64,000 nt of DNA. Origin: Callorhinchus milii. Taxonomy: Eukaryota. The stretch covers positions 19,966,001-20,030,000 of the forward strand of contig NW_024704743.1 in NCBI RefSeq assembly GCF_018977255.1. The letters run 5' to 3'. Numbering within the stretch: position 1 is the stretch's first letter; each line of letters starts with the position of its first letter. Made by a program: the position numbers and the translations under genes. The notes below the pieces were generated by a model. It made no database searches. It was not told the DNA's origin and saw nothing but the letters and a program-made list of their open reading frames with translations. Below are positions 47,536 through 61,850 of this stretch, piece by piece.

Positions 47536-50169
47536 TTCAGAAAAGCATTAAATTTTTCCTGCTTCCTTAATGAAATTGATTCCTTTTCTACGCATTGCAT
47601 AGTTAAATTACTGCAGAGAAATACTTGTGTGTTTACAATGAAATTAAAATAGCAGTAGGCAGGAAAGAAAAATATTTGCTGTTTTACAAAATCTGACTTT
47701 AAAAAAAACTTATATATTTATTTAAAAACGTTTGAGAAATTTTCCATTATTTGCAATGTATTAGTCTCATTTGTACTAGATCCCAATGTACGCTGGTCTC
47801 ATTTTCCTCTTTGTTGATTTCATTCAATCTTCTGAAACATGGTTTTTAACCAGTACCTGAAACATGTCTGCTCACCAAAAACAAACAATGAAGGAGATGC
47901 ACTGAATCAATTATGTAGCAAATGATGCATACTGACATATCCAACTTTAAAGAGTACAGTGAGATCTGATGCAGGAGCATTAAATTAACTGGGCGAAAGG
48001 GCAAATGCAATCAGTTTCAGATGGATTAGGGTCACTAACCATTGAGGTTTTAAATGTGGGTGTCCAGGATATTTCCTCTATGTAAACTGAATATCAAAAT
48101 CCGACTTTTAAAACATAACACCATTTCCCCCTTCAATTATTTAATTTCAGCTTCTATAATCACTGGGTCAGCTCAGCATCACATTGTTGCCTAGGAGATA
48201 ACAAACCTCTTTCCTATCCTAAAAAAAATTATGTCATCCATGACTAGCTGCTGCAGATTTCAAGTTTACAGATTTCTATCATATTATACACCGTTCCCAG
48301 TATTAATGTCGAATCACAGCCATTGAAAGAAATAGAAGCTGCAACTAAGGATTCCATCAAACATCAATACAGGGCTTGGGAAAAAGGACAACCTTTGACT
48401 GAATTCATCAACTGTAGGCATTTAGCTGTCAGGTTAGCCTTCTAGAAGAGGACAGAGAGAGATTAATTTATTCTCAGGAGAGCTTTAAATAAGAGTAAAT
48501 CAACCATAAAAAGCTCCTTCAAATGAGACAATCGTTCATCTTTATCTCGTAAAAGGCTACTTCCAATTCAAATACGGAAACCCGATTTTGTGTCAATGAT
48601 GTGGAAGTACAGTTCGGCTCACATGATCATAAGTAATTGTGCATTAATTTAGCCGATTTTGTTTCACAACAGGAAAAAGTCATGAGGCACAAGCCCATTC
48701 CCTTTTAGTTCTCAAATGTTCAACTTCTTCCTGTCAGTGGCATATTTCTGTATACAATAAACTGGGTGTTGTGTTTTCTTGCACTTCCATTAAGTGATTT
48801 GGTTGTTTAAACAGGGAGGAACTGCATTATGGCCTCTCCTTCAATTTAAAAATATTTGAACTAGGTCTTATCTCTGCATCTCTTCTGCACAAATCAAGAA
48901 TAAATCCAAAATGAATAAACAAACTTCCTTTCAATAATTCAATGTGTAAAGTTGGTTCTGCATTTCAGCATTGCACACCTACAGAACACTGGAGCCCAGA
49001 AAGCCATGGGAACCTGACCATTAACACAGTTTTTACAGATAATCTGAGATCCAGGTCATTAATTAAATAATCTGTTTTATTTAAGTTCAAAGACTTTGGG
49101 GTAGTTGAATATACTGTAACTAATACTGGCTTTGACTTCCAAGACTTGAATGTGTTAAAAAAAATGAAATACTACTAAATTCTATAATCACATGCTTAGT
49201 TTGTTTTAAATAGTCACTAATTCTGCACACAGCTGAATTGCACGCTATAAATCTCTTTTGGCTAACTGCATTTCCTTCTAGTAGAATGACTGCCAGTCAT
49301 TGTTTCATCAGAAAAACATGTATAGGGTGTAACTTACTTCTCAAAATAGTATTGAGGAATATGTCTGCACTCTTGTGAGTGTCTGTATCAATGCGTACAC
49401 AAGGCAAATGATTAAGAATATGTTTGTTGGTCACAAACCAGGAACATGCATTTTTTAATAGACAGCTAATCTTTGAAGAAACCAGACGATTGGGTATCTC
49501 AATCTTACATAAAAGCAGATTCTCATTATTTTCCACTTATTCCATATTGTTAGAAACAGAATGTATTGTGTGCTACCACTGAGGAAACATAGAGCATTAA
49601 ATGAAATACATAGTTGTACCATTATTTTAATATTCTTAGAATGAGGCAATGAAGCTCTCTCTGCCACTGTAGCGTTTATAGAAACATGTTTTTAAAACTG
49701 GGAAGGGGTGGGAATATTAGTGGAATAAGTGGTACAAGAGCATTAGCAGAAAAAAACTTTTACGGATTGAGTCTGGAAACTTTTTAGGGATTGAGTCAGG
49801 AAACTCAACCTAATCTAAGACTATAAAATCATTCTGTCTTAAAATGTAAGATTCTTAAATTCACTCAAATTGAAAGTCAGTTTTGTGCCATTATTAAAAA
49901 GAATGACCTTCCAAAATTTTTGAGCAATTGAAAAATGTTCCACAATTCTGTGCAAACTTAAATTTTAGAACAAATTAAGGTTAAAGACTGAAACTGGAAT
50001 TAAAGAGCCCCAAATTTCAAATGCAGCTCAGACCAATGGGATGAAAATGTCTCCCTTCTTGTGACTTGTAAGGATTCTACTTGCTTGGAACATAGTTCCC
50101 ATTGAGTACAGAGGCACACGGAAAAGTGTCCCTAAATTAACAATCTCGCTCAGAACAACCGTAATGGTG

Positions 50170-50345
50170 ACTGGCATAGGAAACCAAAACAATGGTACAG
50201 AATGAGACTGTCTTCTGGAGTTGGGACAAAGCACATTGTCCAGGCAGAGTAGAGGGAGCTTTGCTCTGCTTCATAACTCATTCGAAAGTGCTTGAAGCTA
50301 ATACTGGGTGACTGAAACGAGAACATTTTCCCAGCATAAACTGCA
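50170..50345 (+). mobile_element. LF-SINE-like 3' fragment
   Basis: gcacattgtccaggcagagtagagggagctttgctctgc resembles the LF-SINE 3' block as I recall it; not database-verified. Confidence 0.45.
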
Positions 50346-51559
50346 CCATTTCATCCACAAAATATACAGTCAATTCACTTTACACTATATTATGTGAAGC
50401 GCTTCGAGACGTGATAAGGGGTTGTATCAATTGAAAGGTTTATTATATATTATTATAAATATGCTTTATCTTTGTGAACATAAAAATAATTAACTATTTG
50501 CAGAGTTCAGATCTCAGCAGGTTAAGAGCCAGTAGGATCTTAAGATGAGATTTTATTTGGGGACACAGAATGACAGGAAATGTTCTGTTTAATCTTTCAG
50601 CACCATGTGAGACTATTTTCTCCATGCTGCAATTATGAACTTCCAACACATCAATGAAGTTGAATTAGCTTCTGGCATATTAATTCAGTGGCACAGAAAC
50701 TTCTTGCCCAGCACCAAACATTATGATACTTCTCAGTTCAATGCACAGACTTGTGTAATGAATCACAATTTATAGCAAAGTACTAGTAAAATCAAGTCAT
50801 TGATTTGCAAACAATTCATTTTTCAGATGCACTAATCCAGTAATTTTATTAGCAACAATGCAAACAGAGTTTTGCTTTTAAAATTAATTCTTCAAGGTCT
50901 AAGGACAAGGTTACCATTTCAGCTACAAGCAAAATCAAATGGGCTTTTGATTCTATTCAAAGAAAATTGTTTTTAAAAACAAACAAAGCTTTATGTTTCC
51001 CCACATTCTTCTCCACCATAATGTACATTCAGGTCTCACAACAAATGATAGAAATAGGTCCACAGAGTTTGAAAGATTCCATAAGATATATTTTTAGAGA
51101 AGCTTTTCAGCAAAAATGGACAATATGAATTGCAATGCTTGAAGTTATTATTTCTCCATATGTCTGTGGTATAAAATGAGTTGCAACTGTTCTGTCTGCA
51201 GTAGAGAAAGCATTGTGCTATTAATCCTCGGAGTAAAAAAAAGTCTTTAAGCATTAAAATATATTTTGGACTACAATATGATATTTAGTGTAGTAACTTC
51301 ACTCAACTAGAAATTGTCAATTACACAATAGTAAGGGAATCATTTTTTAATTATTAAATATAAATTATTAAACAATCCTCAGTGCTCAAAATAAAACAGG
51401 AAATCCACTATATAAGGAAAGCAGTTCTTAAATTATACAGGGACACATACACATACATACTCACACACAAATCAGGGATTTAGTTAATCCTATCTGAATA
51501 GATACAAGTAATCCAATTTAAGAAAAATGGTCCACATTTACCTAGGTACAGAATGATGG

Positions 51560-51830
51560 TGTTTTTCACAAGATTAGTTCAGATGAAGTAGGCCCTTCTT
51601 CTGATCTCATCCTCACAGAATATCCACCTTACCATCCTCCTAGCACTTTATTTTAAAAATGAGTCTGGGATCTTGGTCTCAAGCACCCTTCTGAGCAACC
51701 CGCTACAGTCATCAATAACCCTCTGGGTAAAGAAAAACTGTCCTGAACTCCAAACCTATGTCCCATTGTTCTACTGTATTAGTGGTTCACAAAATACTAT
51801 TCTGGGTTTGCTTTTTCAATCCTGTTTCAG
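51560..51830 (-). mobile_element. Old CR1 3' fragment
   Basis: Reverse similarity to 9050-9350. Confidence 0.65.
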
Positions 51831-51889
51831 TAAATATTAACTGTGTATAACTGGTAATGAAATTCCAATATTGACCATTTAGCAAAATA

Positions 51890-52205
51890 ATCTTTGCACT
51901 TCATATAGCACCTGATAATGCTGAAATACCTCCAGGTGCTTCACATGTATAGCTGAATAGCTGCAGGGACAGTAACTGTAGGCAAATGCAGCAGCTTATT
52001 TGTGCACAGTGGGTCCCACAAATACAGTAGTATCATGGGATCTTCATGTCCACCTGTATAAGCAACAAGACGGAACTTGGGTTTAACGTCTCACCTGAAG
52101 GATGGCACTTCTGACAATGCAGCACTGTGCCAGCATGAGTGTCCTGAAATGGGTATTGAACCCACAGCCCACACAGAAGGCAAGCACGTAAGCAAAGCTG
52201 ACATC
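51890..52205 (-). mobile_element. Old Deu-type SINE
   Basis: Reverse central block catgggatcttcatgtccacctg...ggtttaacgtctca...gaaggatggcac. Confidence 0.75.
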
Positions 52206-54214
52206 TTACCCGATATAGTGCTTGAAGCTACTCAGAAACATTCTGTGATAAAAGATCAAATTTGTAGCAGGAAACTCAACACATTTGAAGTCTGCTTTAT
52301 ACCCTACAAACAGAACAAATGCTTGGTCAAAAATCCAGCACCTGACATTCAGCTATATATGAAACAGCTGTAAAGTTACACGACTATTAGAATTCATGGA
52401 AAGTCACAACAACAGAGACATCCCTGAGCTGCATGAAGGTGAAAGATGGCAGATGGCAGATTAGTGTAGTCAGCAGGATGGTGAGTTCAACAACCTGCTT
52501 GGCTAGCTGTGCACAGTCACCCTCATACCATGATACGAGAATGGAATATCCCCATGAAACAAGCCGAAGACCATTTCTGCAATATGAAACACATGTTGGT
52601 GTTTCAATACCTTCTGACCACACTCTACTTGCTGGTTATTAAATTCCCAGGGTCAGGCTGGAGGCTGTCCCTGTAGCCCCCGCAGTTTCTCTGTCTGTCT
52701 AACTTTTCAATCACATACAAGAACTTTGTTAAGCGATCCTTAACGCAACACTGCAAGTGAGATGTTGTCCTAAGGCTCTCTTTGTTGTTCTTGCTAATAT
52801 TTGTGCATGTTGGAAGGAGCTATCATAGTGAGCCAGTGATCTCTAACCACACTTCAGTTTCACCTTCATCCCATGCCTTCAGGAACAAAGGATGCAGTTT
52901 CTTCAGAGGCCTCGGATGGAGATGAATCATCTGTCTAGATACATAAGCATGATTCACGATCCTATATCTTTGAATCAGACTTTATTTCTTTTTTTAAAAA
53001 ACTGAGCTATATATGTGCTTACAGCTTTATGAAATGCAAATTACATTTGTACGTGCATACATCTGATACATTCTGTGATGCATTTTTAATATGCACCAAA
53101 TAGTTACAGAAATTATAGTTCTTCTGCAATTGTAGGACAATTGCAGCTTGTTCTTTCATCAACATTTTCATTTCTGCTGGCAAGAGTCATTTGGATCCTG
53201 CGTGTTAAGAGTTTTGAGATCTTTGTAAACTGTTCTTCTCACTTACCTGGCCTCATTCTGATACAAAACTCTGCTCTTTATTACTTGTTTGCCTTACATC
53301 TCGAGCGCTAAATACTTCCCTGATTGGAGTAGAGTAATTTGCTTCTGGATCTTGCACATTTCAATCTTGCTACCAGACTCCCCCCAAAAAGCATATTGCA
53401 CATAACAGACCACCAGTTTTCAGACTGATTGCTACATTTATATCATTTACAGTCAAAATGGCAATAAACAAATACAATACAAGTAAGAAACAGATATGTC
53501 AGAAGAGATTTACACTAAAAAGCAAGCTAGAATTTTTAATGAGTTACTATGTATCCCTTTTGTGAATTGGTCACTGCTTTTAAATTCTCATGCCAGTCAC
53601 AAAACTCTCCTTACAGATTTGGTGAATTAGTATTTTGTCTTTTTCTTAATTTGGGAATGAAGTTCCTTGTTTAACTTTAGATGAACAACTTCTCTTATAC
53701 AATCCAATCAGCTCAAAGACTTGCCTGTGGAATGTCCATGGTTTACGAAAGGAATAAGGCTCAAAGGGCTCAGTACTAAAATAATGTGCCTGGGTTGAAA
53801 GAAAAAACAGGTACTTTATATCTAAAAAGAATAACAAACAGCAAGATTTGTTACATTGTCATCAAGATAGGGCCACGGTCATTATTAATGTCTTGACTTC
53901 ACTGTACAACTTCTTAAAGGCAAATTCACATTCTCGTGCACCCCCACACATACAGACAAATCAGATAATGTTTTGCTCCACAATTTGCCTGCATTATGTA
54001 TATAATATACCTATACCAATATTATTAAACTCCTGCTGACATCCACTTCATCTGTCCTCTTTTAACGTCATCAGTCTCCACAAGACAGTTAACAGAAACC
54101 TGGATAACATCAATAATAGTTGGCTTGTTGTTTTACCATGTTAATAAACCTGTGCATTGATCCATGGGGTGGGGTTACATGAGTTTTAACAAAACAACTT
54201 ATCCATCGCGTCAT

Positions 54215-54400
54215 GACACAAGAATGAATGGAACGGGTTACCAGAAAGGGTGGTTGAAGCCAGTATGCTGACTTCATTCAAAAAACAGCTGTATGCTGTG
54301 ATGAGAAAATGGTCGTGTAGGGATTCTGGGAAGATGGGATCAAGTTGTCTGAAGGTTTCAAATTTATCTTGAACCATCAGATTGGGTTCAACAGAAGCAA
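54215..54400 (+). mobile_element. CR1 3' fragment
   Basis: WNGLPERVVEASMLTSFKKQL. Confidence 0.75.
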
Positions 54401-54417
54401 GTTTCATATAGAAACAC

Positions 54418-54700
54418 TACAACAACAACAAGATTACATTTGTATAGCGCCTTTCACGTCGGGAGGACTTCCCAAGCCGCTGGACAGAGTACAGTATTTC
54501 ATACCTGAGGTGGGGTCAGGGGGAGGGAGAAGGGAGGGGAGGGGAAGGGGGGTGGCCGATGGCATGGTCGAGGAAGGTCTTGAGGCGGGACTTGAAGGAG
54601 GCTAAGGAGGTAGGGCGAAGCGGAGTGACTGGGGAATGGAATTCCAGAGGTTGGGGGCAGAGTGGCTGAAGGCTCTCCCGCCAATTGTGGGGCAGGTGGG
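54418..54700 (-). mobile_element. L2 3' fragment
   Basis: Close reverse complement of 15840-16113. Confidence 0.92.
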
Positions 54701-54987
54701 TACATTACTATATTAGTGGAGCATAGCATGTTTTTGCTGTTTCACTTTAGCATCTGATGCCTCTGCAAGCCAAACCCACTCTTCACTACGAGGATCACTG
54801 CTCAGAGGTAGGTATTGAGATAAAAGTACAGATCTGTTCTAGCGCTGATTCAAACATCCGAGTATAAACTCAATTAACCATGTAGTCAATTATCTCCTTG
54901 AAAGAAACTACTGGAAAAATGAATAGTTACAATCAAGACTGAATGAATGTCCCAAGAATACGTCTCGGAATAGATATTACAGTACAA

Positions 54988-55195
54988 TATCCCTCCAAAA
55001 AACAAAACAATAATAAATTGGTCATTTTCAATCCACGACTGTTTGTGGAACACTGCTCTGCGCAATTGGCTGCCGCATTTTGCCCACAAATATACAGTCA
55101 GTTCACTTTACAGCATATTCTGTGAAGTGCTTTGAGAGGTCTAGAAGACGTGATAAGCGCTATATCAAATGCAAGGATTATTCTATTATTATTAA
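54988..55195 (+). mobile_element. Young SINE, 5'-truncated
   Basis: Body and tail without the tRNA head. Confidence 0.88.
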
Positions 55196-55254
55196 TATAC
55201 GTTTACGTCATGCCTTTCATGTCAAGAGGACGTTTCAAAGCACTTATATTCATA

Positions 55255-56189
55255 TATTCTTGGCGATGTCATTACACAGAGTAAACTTCTACATGTATGC
55301 AGATGACACACAAATCTACTTTGCCTCCTCCAGCTGCATCTCCAGGTCCGCCAATGTTCTATCAGCTTGTCTGGCAGACATCAGGCCCTGGGTGAGTGCA
55401 AACTTCCTGCAGCTGAACATGGACAAGACGGAAGCCATACTTCTTGGCTCCCATCAACATCTTCACTCCTGCGGATTTGAACTCCTAAATCTCCTCAGCC
55501 TCTTCCTTGGACTCACCGAAGCAGTGTGCAATCTAGACGTCCAGTTCAACCCCCAACTGGCCTTCCTCCCCCACATCCGGTTCCTGACCAGGACCGCCTT
55601 CCTCCACCTCCGCCACATTGCCCTCCTCTGACCGTATCCGACTCCAAACGCAGCCAAAGCCTTCGTGTATGAGTTTGTCACCTCCCACCTGGATTACTCA
55701 AACGCACTCCTCGCCGTTCTTCCCAGCTCCACTGTTCAAAAAAATCCAGCTCATACTGACCCAGACCAAACTCCGTACCCACATCTCACCAGTTCTGGCC
55801 AGACTCCACCGACTCCCCATGACCGAACAGATCAACTTCAAGATCTTCATACTCTTGTTCAAATCCCTTCACTCTCTGGCACCTCCCTACCTCGCCGACC
55901 TTCTCATTCCCCAATCCCCCACCTGTGGCCTCTACTTGATTGGCAATGGACTCCTGCTCATCCCTCACGAATTCAGCCACTATGCCCCAAAACTCTGGAA
56001 CACTCTCCCTCAATCTCTCCGCCTTACCACCTCTCTCCCTTTTTTCAAGTTCCGCCTGAAAACCTTCCTTTTCGACCGTGCTTATGGTCACTTCACGCCC
56101 AACCAGCTCGGAGTCAGGATCCACCACTGTTAAGCACTCTGAGACCTTACCCTGCATGGAGGGCTCTGTATGAGTGCAAGTTGCTGTTG
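55255..56189 (+). mobile_element. L2 3' region with RT YADD motif (different subfamily)
   Basis: FYMYADDTQIY...FLQLNMDKTEAILLG...LHRLPMTEQINFKI...LWNTLP...FKFRLKTFLF, frameshifted. Confidence 0.92.
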
Positions 56190-57140
56190 GAAAAGTCTGA
56201 GACTACAGGAATGTCATTTATGAAATGCAACTGGTAGAACTGAATACTGTACTGTATACTGACATTCTGAAATTGTGTTTGATTACCCAGGGAATCAGGA
56301 AAATTTCTTAAATATGTTCTTGCATGTTTCATCTCAGATTATTCAGAATTAAATACAGATTGTGAAAATATATAGAGTACAGGGGGACATTTGTCTTAGG
56401 CACCGGGAATCTTAAGATCTGCAACTTCCAAATCAATATTTCATTCAGCGTTGACACCAGACCAGTTTTGTACATTTCAAATTGATGCAAGGACACAATC
56501 CTCCACTGTGTACACTAAGTTCATTCTTACATTTGAATCCCCATAAAAAACACGAGGCTTTTTGCATGCAAGTATTTAATTCCTTGAATAAAATGGAATC
56601 TTATTATAACTCCCTCTTTCCTTGCTATTCTTGGATATCAAAGTTCAGTCAATTTGGATATAATTACATAAAGCCACAGAAATATACTGGCTCTTTCTGG
56701 GATGTCATATGAGCTCCTTTATTCTACCTCTCGTCTGAACACTGTAGCAACAGATGGGACAATTGCACTACTGTTTCTTCTCCATTTAATTTCTAAATAG
56801 ACTGCGCCTCGATGAGTTTACGTTCTCATTTTACAAAGTACTTACTGTGAAATTAAATGGAAGTTCTAGATTCAGCATCTCATTCTCACCCAAACCAGTA
56901 CCAAAACCCATGATTAACATTTCACACATCTTACTAAATAGTTAGTATAGATTTTTTAGATCAACAGGAAGCAAACTCTGCTAGCCAGACAGACAAGCCC
57001 AGCATAAGAATATTACATAACAATACATAATTATATAGTACACATCCAACCAGTTATTCAGATTCTTATCTGAAAAAAGAGAGACTTTAGTTCCTATTCA
57101 CACAAGACCTTTGGACCAATTTACCAAGATGCTTTTTACA

Positions 57141-57368
57141 CCCCAAACAGTATCCCAACACACAGTCTGGGATCTTGGCTCTTCACAATTTGCCTAATGC
57201 TCTCCCAAATTAGCAAGGTGCAACCCTCCAGGGAGAGTGCATTCCATTACAGACACAGAGACATGTCTACGTGGAGGTAGCAGATGTGGAATTCCTGTCT
57301 GTTTTCGATGCTCTTAAGCCCGGTGATAATTGTCCGCATGTGTCAGGCACCTGACTGATGAAAAAAAA
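57141..57368 (+). repeat. Family X 3' third, diverged, with A8 run
   Basis: Reverse similarity to 7814-8060. Confidence 0.72.
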
Positions 57369-57539
57369 TGTCAAAGCAGCATGAGGCAGAAATGAACAAG
57401 AAAAAACAGATGAGCAGAGATGTTGGCTATGTTGCCAAATCAGTTGGGGTCAGACCCCACAAATCATAATCAAAACGTGTAGTGGTCTGGGCAAGCCACA
57501 CCTGGCCACTGCGACATAAAAGAGCTGCACAGGCCCTTG

Positions 57540-57750
57540 GAGCAGTACACAGAACAATGAGGATGATCCCCAATGTTAGAGGAATGAGGTGTGAACAGTG
57601 ACTAGACACCTAGAGCTCTTCGGTCTTCAAAGGAGAAATCTCAGAAAGAATTTGATAGAAGCTTTAAATGGGATTGTAAAAGTAAACCCAGAGCAATATT
57701 TTCCGAATGTACCGGGACATCAAATCAAGAGGACATAAGGCCAATTCCAA
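57540..57750 (+). mobile_element. Old CR1 3' fragment
   Basis: Similar to 8951-9130. Confidence 0.65.
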
Positions 57751-57976
57751 TGAAGATACAATGATGCAGAGATGAGAGGGCAGTTGGGTGGGCCTTCCTG
57801 AAGGATAAAAGCAAAGGGCGATCTTAATCTGAACCTATTGTGAGATTAGCCCATTCAATACATTTTGTTTTAATTGAGATCTCATTGTTTTGTCAACAAG
57901 ATTATTGTTTCTTGACTTTTGTTTAAAAATAATATCGACTATTCGATTACTTGCAACTTAACGTATTTGACTAGAT

Positions 57977-58365
57977 GTCAGCATGACTCAGTTGGTAGTA
58001 CCTCTCAGTCTGAACAGTGTGATTTCAAGCCCCATGTTGGGACTTCAAATTGACATATTCCAGGCTCACACTCCATTAGAGAGCTGGGGCTGCTCTGGTT
58101 TGTTAAGACGTGACATCTTTTAGATAAGAGATTAAACCAAGGTCTCCTCTGCCTGTTCAGATGGACTTTAAAGATCCGATTGACAATTCTTGCAAACAGA
58201 AGTGAATTTCTCCCGGCATCCTGGCCAACAATCCCCCAGATAAAATTATTCGCTACCGCATTTGCCTACAAAATAAACAATCACTCCACTTTACGGTAAG
58301 ATTCTGTGAAGAGCTTTGAGAGCTCCTCCCAAAGTGAAAAGCACGATATCAAACGCAAAGGTTTT
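57977..58365 (+). mobile_element. Old Deu-type SINE, near full length
   Basis: Head, central block and tail. Confidence 0.8.
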
Positions 58366-59110
58366 TTTTTCTGTTCATTTTTACCACCTCTGATCATCGG
58401 CATCCCAATTTCTTCTGTGGACGTTTACCAAAAGTTTCAGAGGTAGTCAAGATACAGTCAGGTTCTGCTGCTGGCAGCTTTAGCCTTCATGCCACTTAAG
58501 TGGCCTCACAATGCAACAAACACAGCTACAGCAGAAGGAGCAACATATGGGAACCAAATGGAGTCCAGTTGCTAAGGAAACACTTCGAGGATAATGCCCG
58601 CCACATTCAGTACACTTTATATTACTTTGTGGTGTGATTTTACGATTCCCATTTTTCTTCAATTCCTTACATTTCTAATCATCTTTTTACTATCCACTCA
58701 TTATTATTATTAATTAATATTATTAGGATCATTATTGTTAATAACCAGAACGCAGACCATCCTCTCTGATTGCAGAATCCCCCTCATTACAGAACCGGGC
58801 TGAAAATCGTACTTTAAGCAGAAATTAGCAGTAAGAAACATGATGCTCATGACAGTCATGACACCGAGAGAAGTGAGAAAAAGAAGGCAGTACAACAGCA
58901 GTTTCCTTGGCAACAAGATGCCACTGATATTCCTTATGTTGGTTTTGCCACTGTTGTGATCAGTTTGCAGTTCTGTGAGTTTCATTTTTTTTCTAAACAA
59001 AACTTAATTGCGTAGCAGTGATGGTGAACTCAGAAGTAAATGCAGGAGAAAGGGAAAATGGAACCAGAAGACATGCGCGATGGTAAACAATTTCAAGCAG
59101 CTTCCAAAGA

Positions 59111-59428
59111 ATAATAATAATAATAATCCTTGCTTTTGATATAGTGCTTTTCACGTCTCCTAGACATCTCAAAGCACTTCACAGAATATACTGTAAAGTG
59201 AATTGACTGTATATTTGTGGGCGAAATGCGGCAGCCAGTTGCGCACAACAGTGTCCCACAAACAGTCGTGGATTGAAGCGACCAATTTATTATTGTTTTC
59301 TTTTCTTGAGGGATTATTGTCAGGCCTGTGGAGTAAGGAAACTTGCCCAAGGTTTCGCCCTGCCGGGAATCGAACCCAGGTCTCTTGCTTGCGAGGCAAG
59401 TGCTCTAACCACTGAGCTGCAGGACTCC
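59111..59428 (-). mobile_element. Young SINE, full length
   Basis: A and B boxes, body and tail. Confidence 0.95.
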
Positions 59429-60289
59429 AAAATATGTATACCACATAAAATAATATCAACAAAGAAATCCAAAAAAGATAATTAGAAATATAAGTAAATA
59501 CCATCTCTGCTTTCGTACTTCCCGCTTTGTCTCCCCAAAAGAAACAATAATTTTGCTTTTAACACACTACCAACTGCCACATAAAAAATAGCACAAGACT
59601 CTTTATTCTCAACATATATATTTTGTTTCGCCCACAAATATACAGTATATTCTGGGAAGATGTTTCGAAGACATGATAAGGCGCTATATCAAATGCAAGG
59701 ATTATTAATATTATTATATAATCACTACACAGTAAATCCATTTACTAAAATCACTTTTTGACATCCCCTCCATGTGAAAGGTACTATATCAAATGTGAGG
59801 ACTGTTGTCATTATTACCTTAGGACATTAAGTGTACAAAATATTCAAAGGATAGAGAACGGAAACCTAGAACAACACATTCAGATTTACATTGGAGAGAC
59901 AAATGATGACAGTGGGTCTGGAATGATCTAGAAAGATCAAATCAGTGCACTCAAGAATTGTTTTCATCTCTCTTATGACACAGTGAACATTCTGAGCTAC
60001 ATTTCTACATAAACATCTCTCTAAATAGTTTAGGGAGGGGACAAAAGAGTTGAGCAGGCAACAAGATATCATTGCAAAAAGATACAGAATTTGTTTTAAG
60101 TTGCCATACACAAATATATTTAAATGGTAATCAACCCCACCTTTTAGGATCGTGGAAAAGCATGGATAGTAAATTCAACAGGAGCTCGTGTGCAACAATT
60201 TGTTACTTGCAAGGTTATTATTATTTATCAAAATGATGGGCCACTAGCCTTCTTCTGTGCTGTAAATTTCTATGGTCCTATAGTTCTAA

Positions 60290-60590
60290 TACAGCACTGG
60301 GAGAGTACTGCAGATGTCCCATCAGACGTGCCATCCTTGATGAGACATTAAACCAAATACTGTTCAGGTGGACATTAAAGATCCCATGGCACTGCTCGAA
60401 AAGAAGAGGGTGTTCTCCTGGTGTTCTGCTCAAGACAGAACTGGTCATTCACGTCATGGCTGCTTGTGAGGCATTACTATGCACAAATTGTTTACTGAGT
60501 TTGCCTGCAGCAAGGAGTCACTACAGTACACCTGTGAAGCATTTGGAGACATTTTGACACCATATGCTATATCAAATACAAAGATTATCA
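60290..60590 (+). mobile_element. Old Deu-type SINE fragment, preceded by a CR1 3' tail at about 60235-60287
   Basis: Central block gttcaggtggacattaaagatcccatggcactgctcgaaaagaagaggg. Confidence 0.75.
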
Positions 60591-61234
60591 GTTCTATTGC
60601 TTGCACCATCCCTCAAGGAAACAAATGTAATCCCTTGCAGAAGTGGTGTGATGTAAAACAATACAGCCCATGCAATATAAAAACTTTTACATGAGCAAAG
60701 CGTTTGTGCTTTGACTTGGAAGAGTAATGAAAGCTATTTAAAGTGTCAACAACATGTCCTGACTGGTCCAAAAGGCCACATCATTGTGGAACATTTCAGA
60801 TTCTACGACAGTGCTGACTAAGAAAATAAATGCATAAATCAATGCCATCAATTTCTTAAGGCATAAATCAAGAAATATTAAATCAAGAAACATTTACTGT
60901 TCTACAGATAAGGTTCCAACGTTCCAGTATAGTTATCTCTGCGTTGTGTCCCATTCAAGCATAAAACATATAAACCAGACATTCAAAAAATGAACCTCCT
61001 TAAAGAGGTCTACAGCAATTATTACAGAGGCCCTTTCATCAATAAACAAGTTTGAAATTTCCCACAGGGCTGACTGTGCAGAATGCAGTAATTATCTTCT
61101 GGGAGACTAGAGATAGAAATAAACCAATTAAAATTTGAAGAAGAAATATTGATAGATTTGAGAGAATCAAACCTTATACATGGTAAGGTTTATGTCCTGG
61201 CACACTCTAGCTTCCTGAGCATTTGGAAAGCAGA

Positions 61235-61850
61235 AACATGAAAACATAAAAATTGACAGCGTAGAAGGAGACCATTTGGCCCATCAAGCCTGCACTGGCA
61301 GGGAGATTACTTCAATAACCCCATCCGCCTTATCCCCAAACCTCTTCAAGCTCCTCTCTCTCAAATGCCTGTCTACTTCCCTGATGAAATTTCCTGGGTA
61401 TAATCCACCCTCCCCGATCCCGACCCCCAACACTGATTGTCCAGCACCTTGAGATGGCCTCCTGATGTGAAAGGTGCTATACAAATGTAATTTTGTTGTT
61501 GTTGTTGAAAGCTACAATGGTCTCCGCTTCCACCACCTTACGCGGCAGGGAGTTCCACATCCCAACAACTCGCTGGGTGAAAAAAAATCCTCCTAAATTC
61601 TCCTTTCGCTATTCGTGTGGCTATCTTATGACTATATTCCCCAGTTAATGACTCCCCTCTCAATGGAATTAACTTCTCTCAATTTACCCTAAGAAAACCC
61701 TTCATGATTTTGTGCACCTCAATCAGAAGCTCAACCCTCTCTGCTCCAGTGAAAACACGTCCAGCCTCTGCTCATAATAACTCGAGCCCTTCATCCCTGG
61801 AATCATTTTTGTAAACCTCCACTACACCTCCTCCAAGGCTCTAACATCTA
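61235..61850 (-). mobile_element. CR1 3' fragment with an L2 tail (+) inserted at about 61400-61507
   Basis: Minus-strand CR1 C-terminus (FFTQRVVGMWNSLP) and 3' UTR, split by an L2 tail. Confidence 0.82.

Noticed and set aside
53241..53400. Minus-strand coding exon ending in a perfect CAG|GTAAGT donor
   Set aside because: All three frames have stops shortly upstream and there is no good acceptor.
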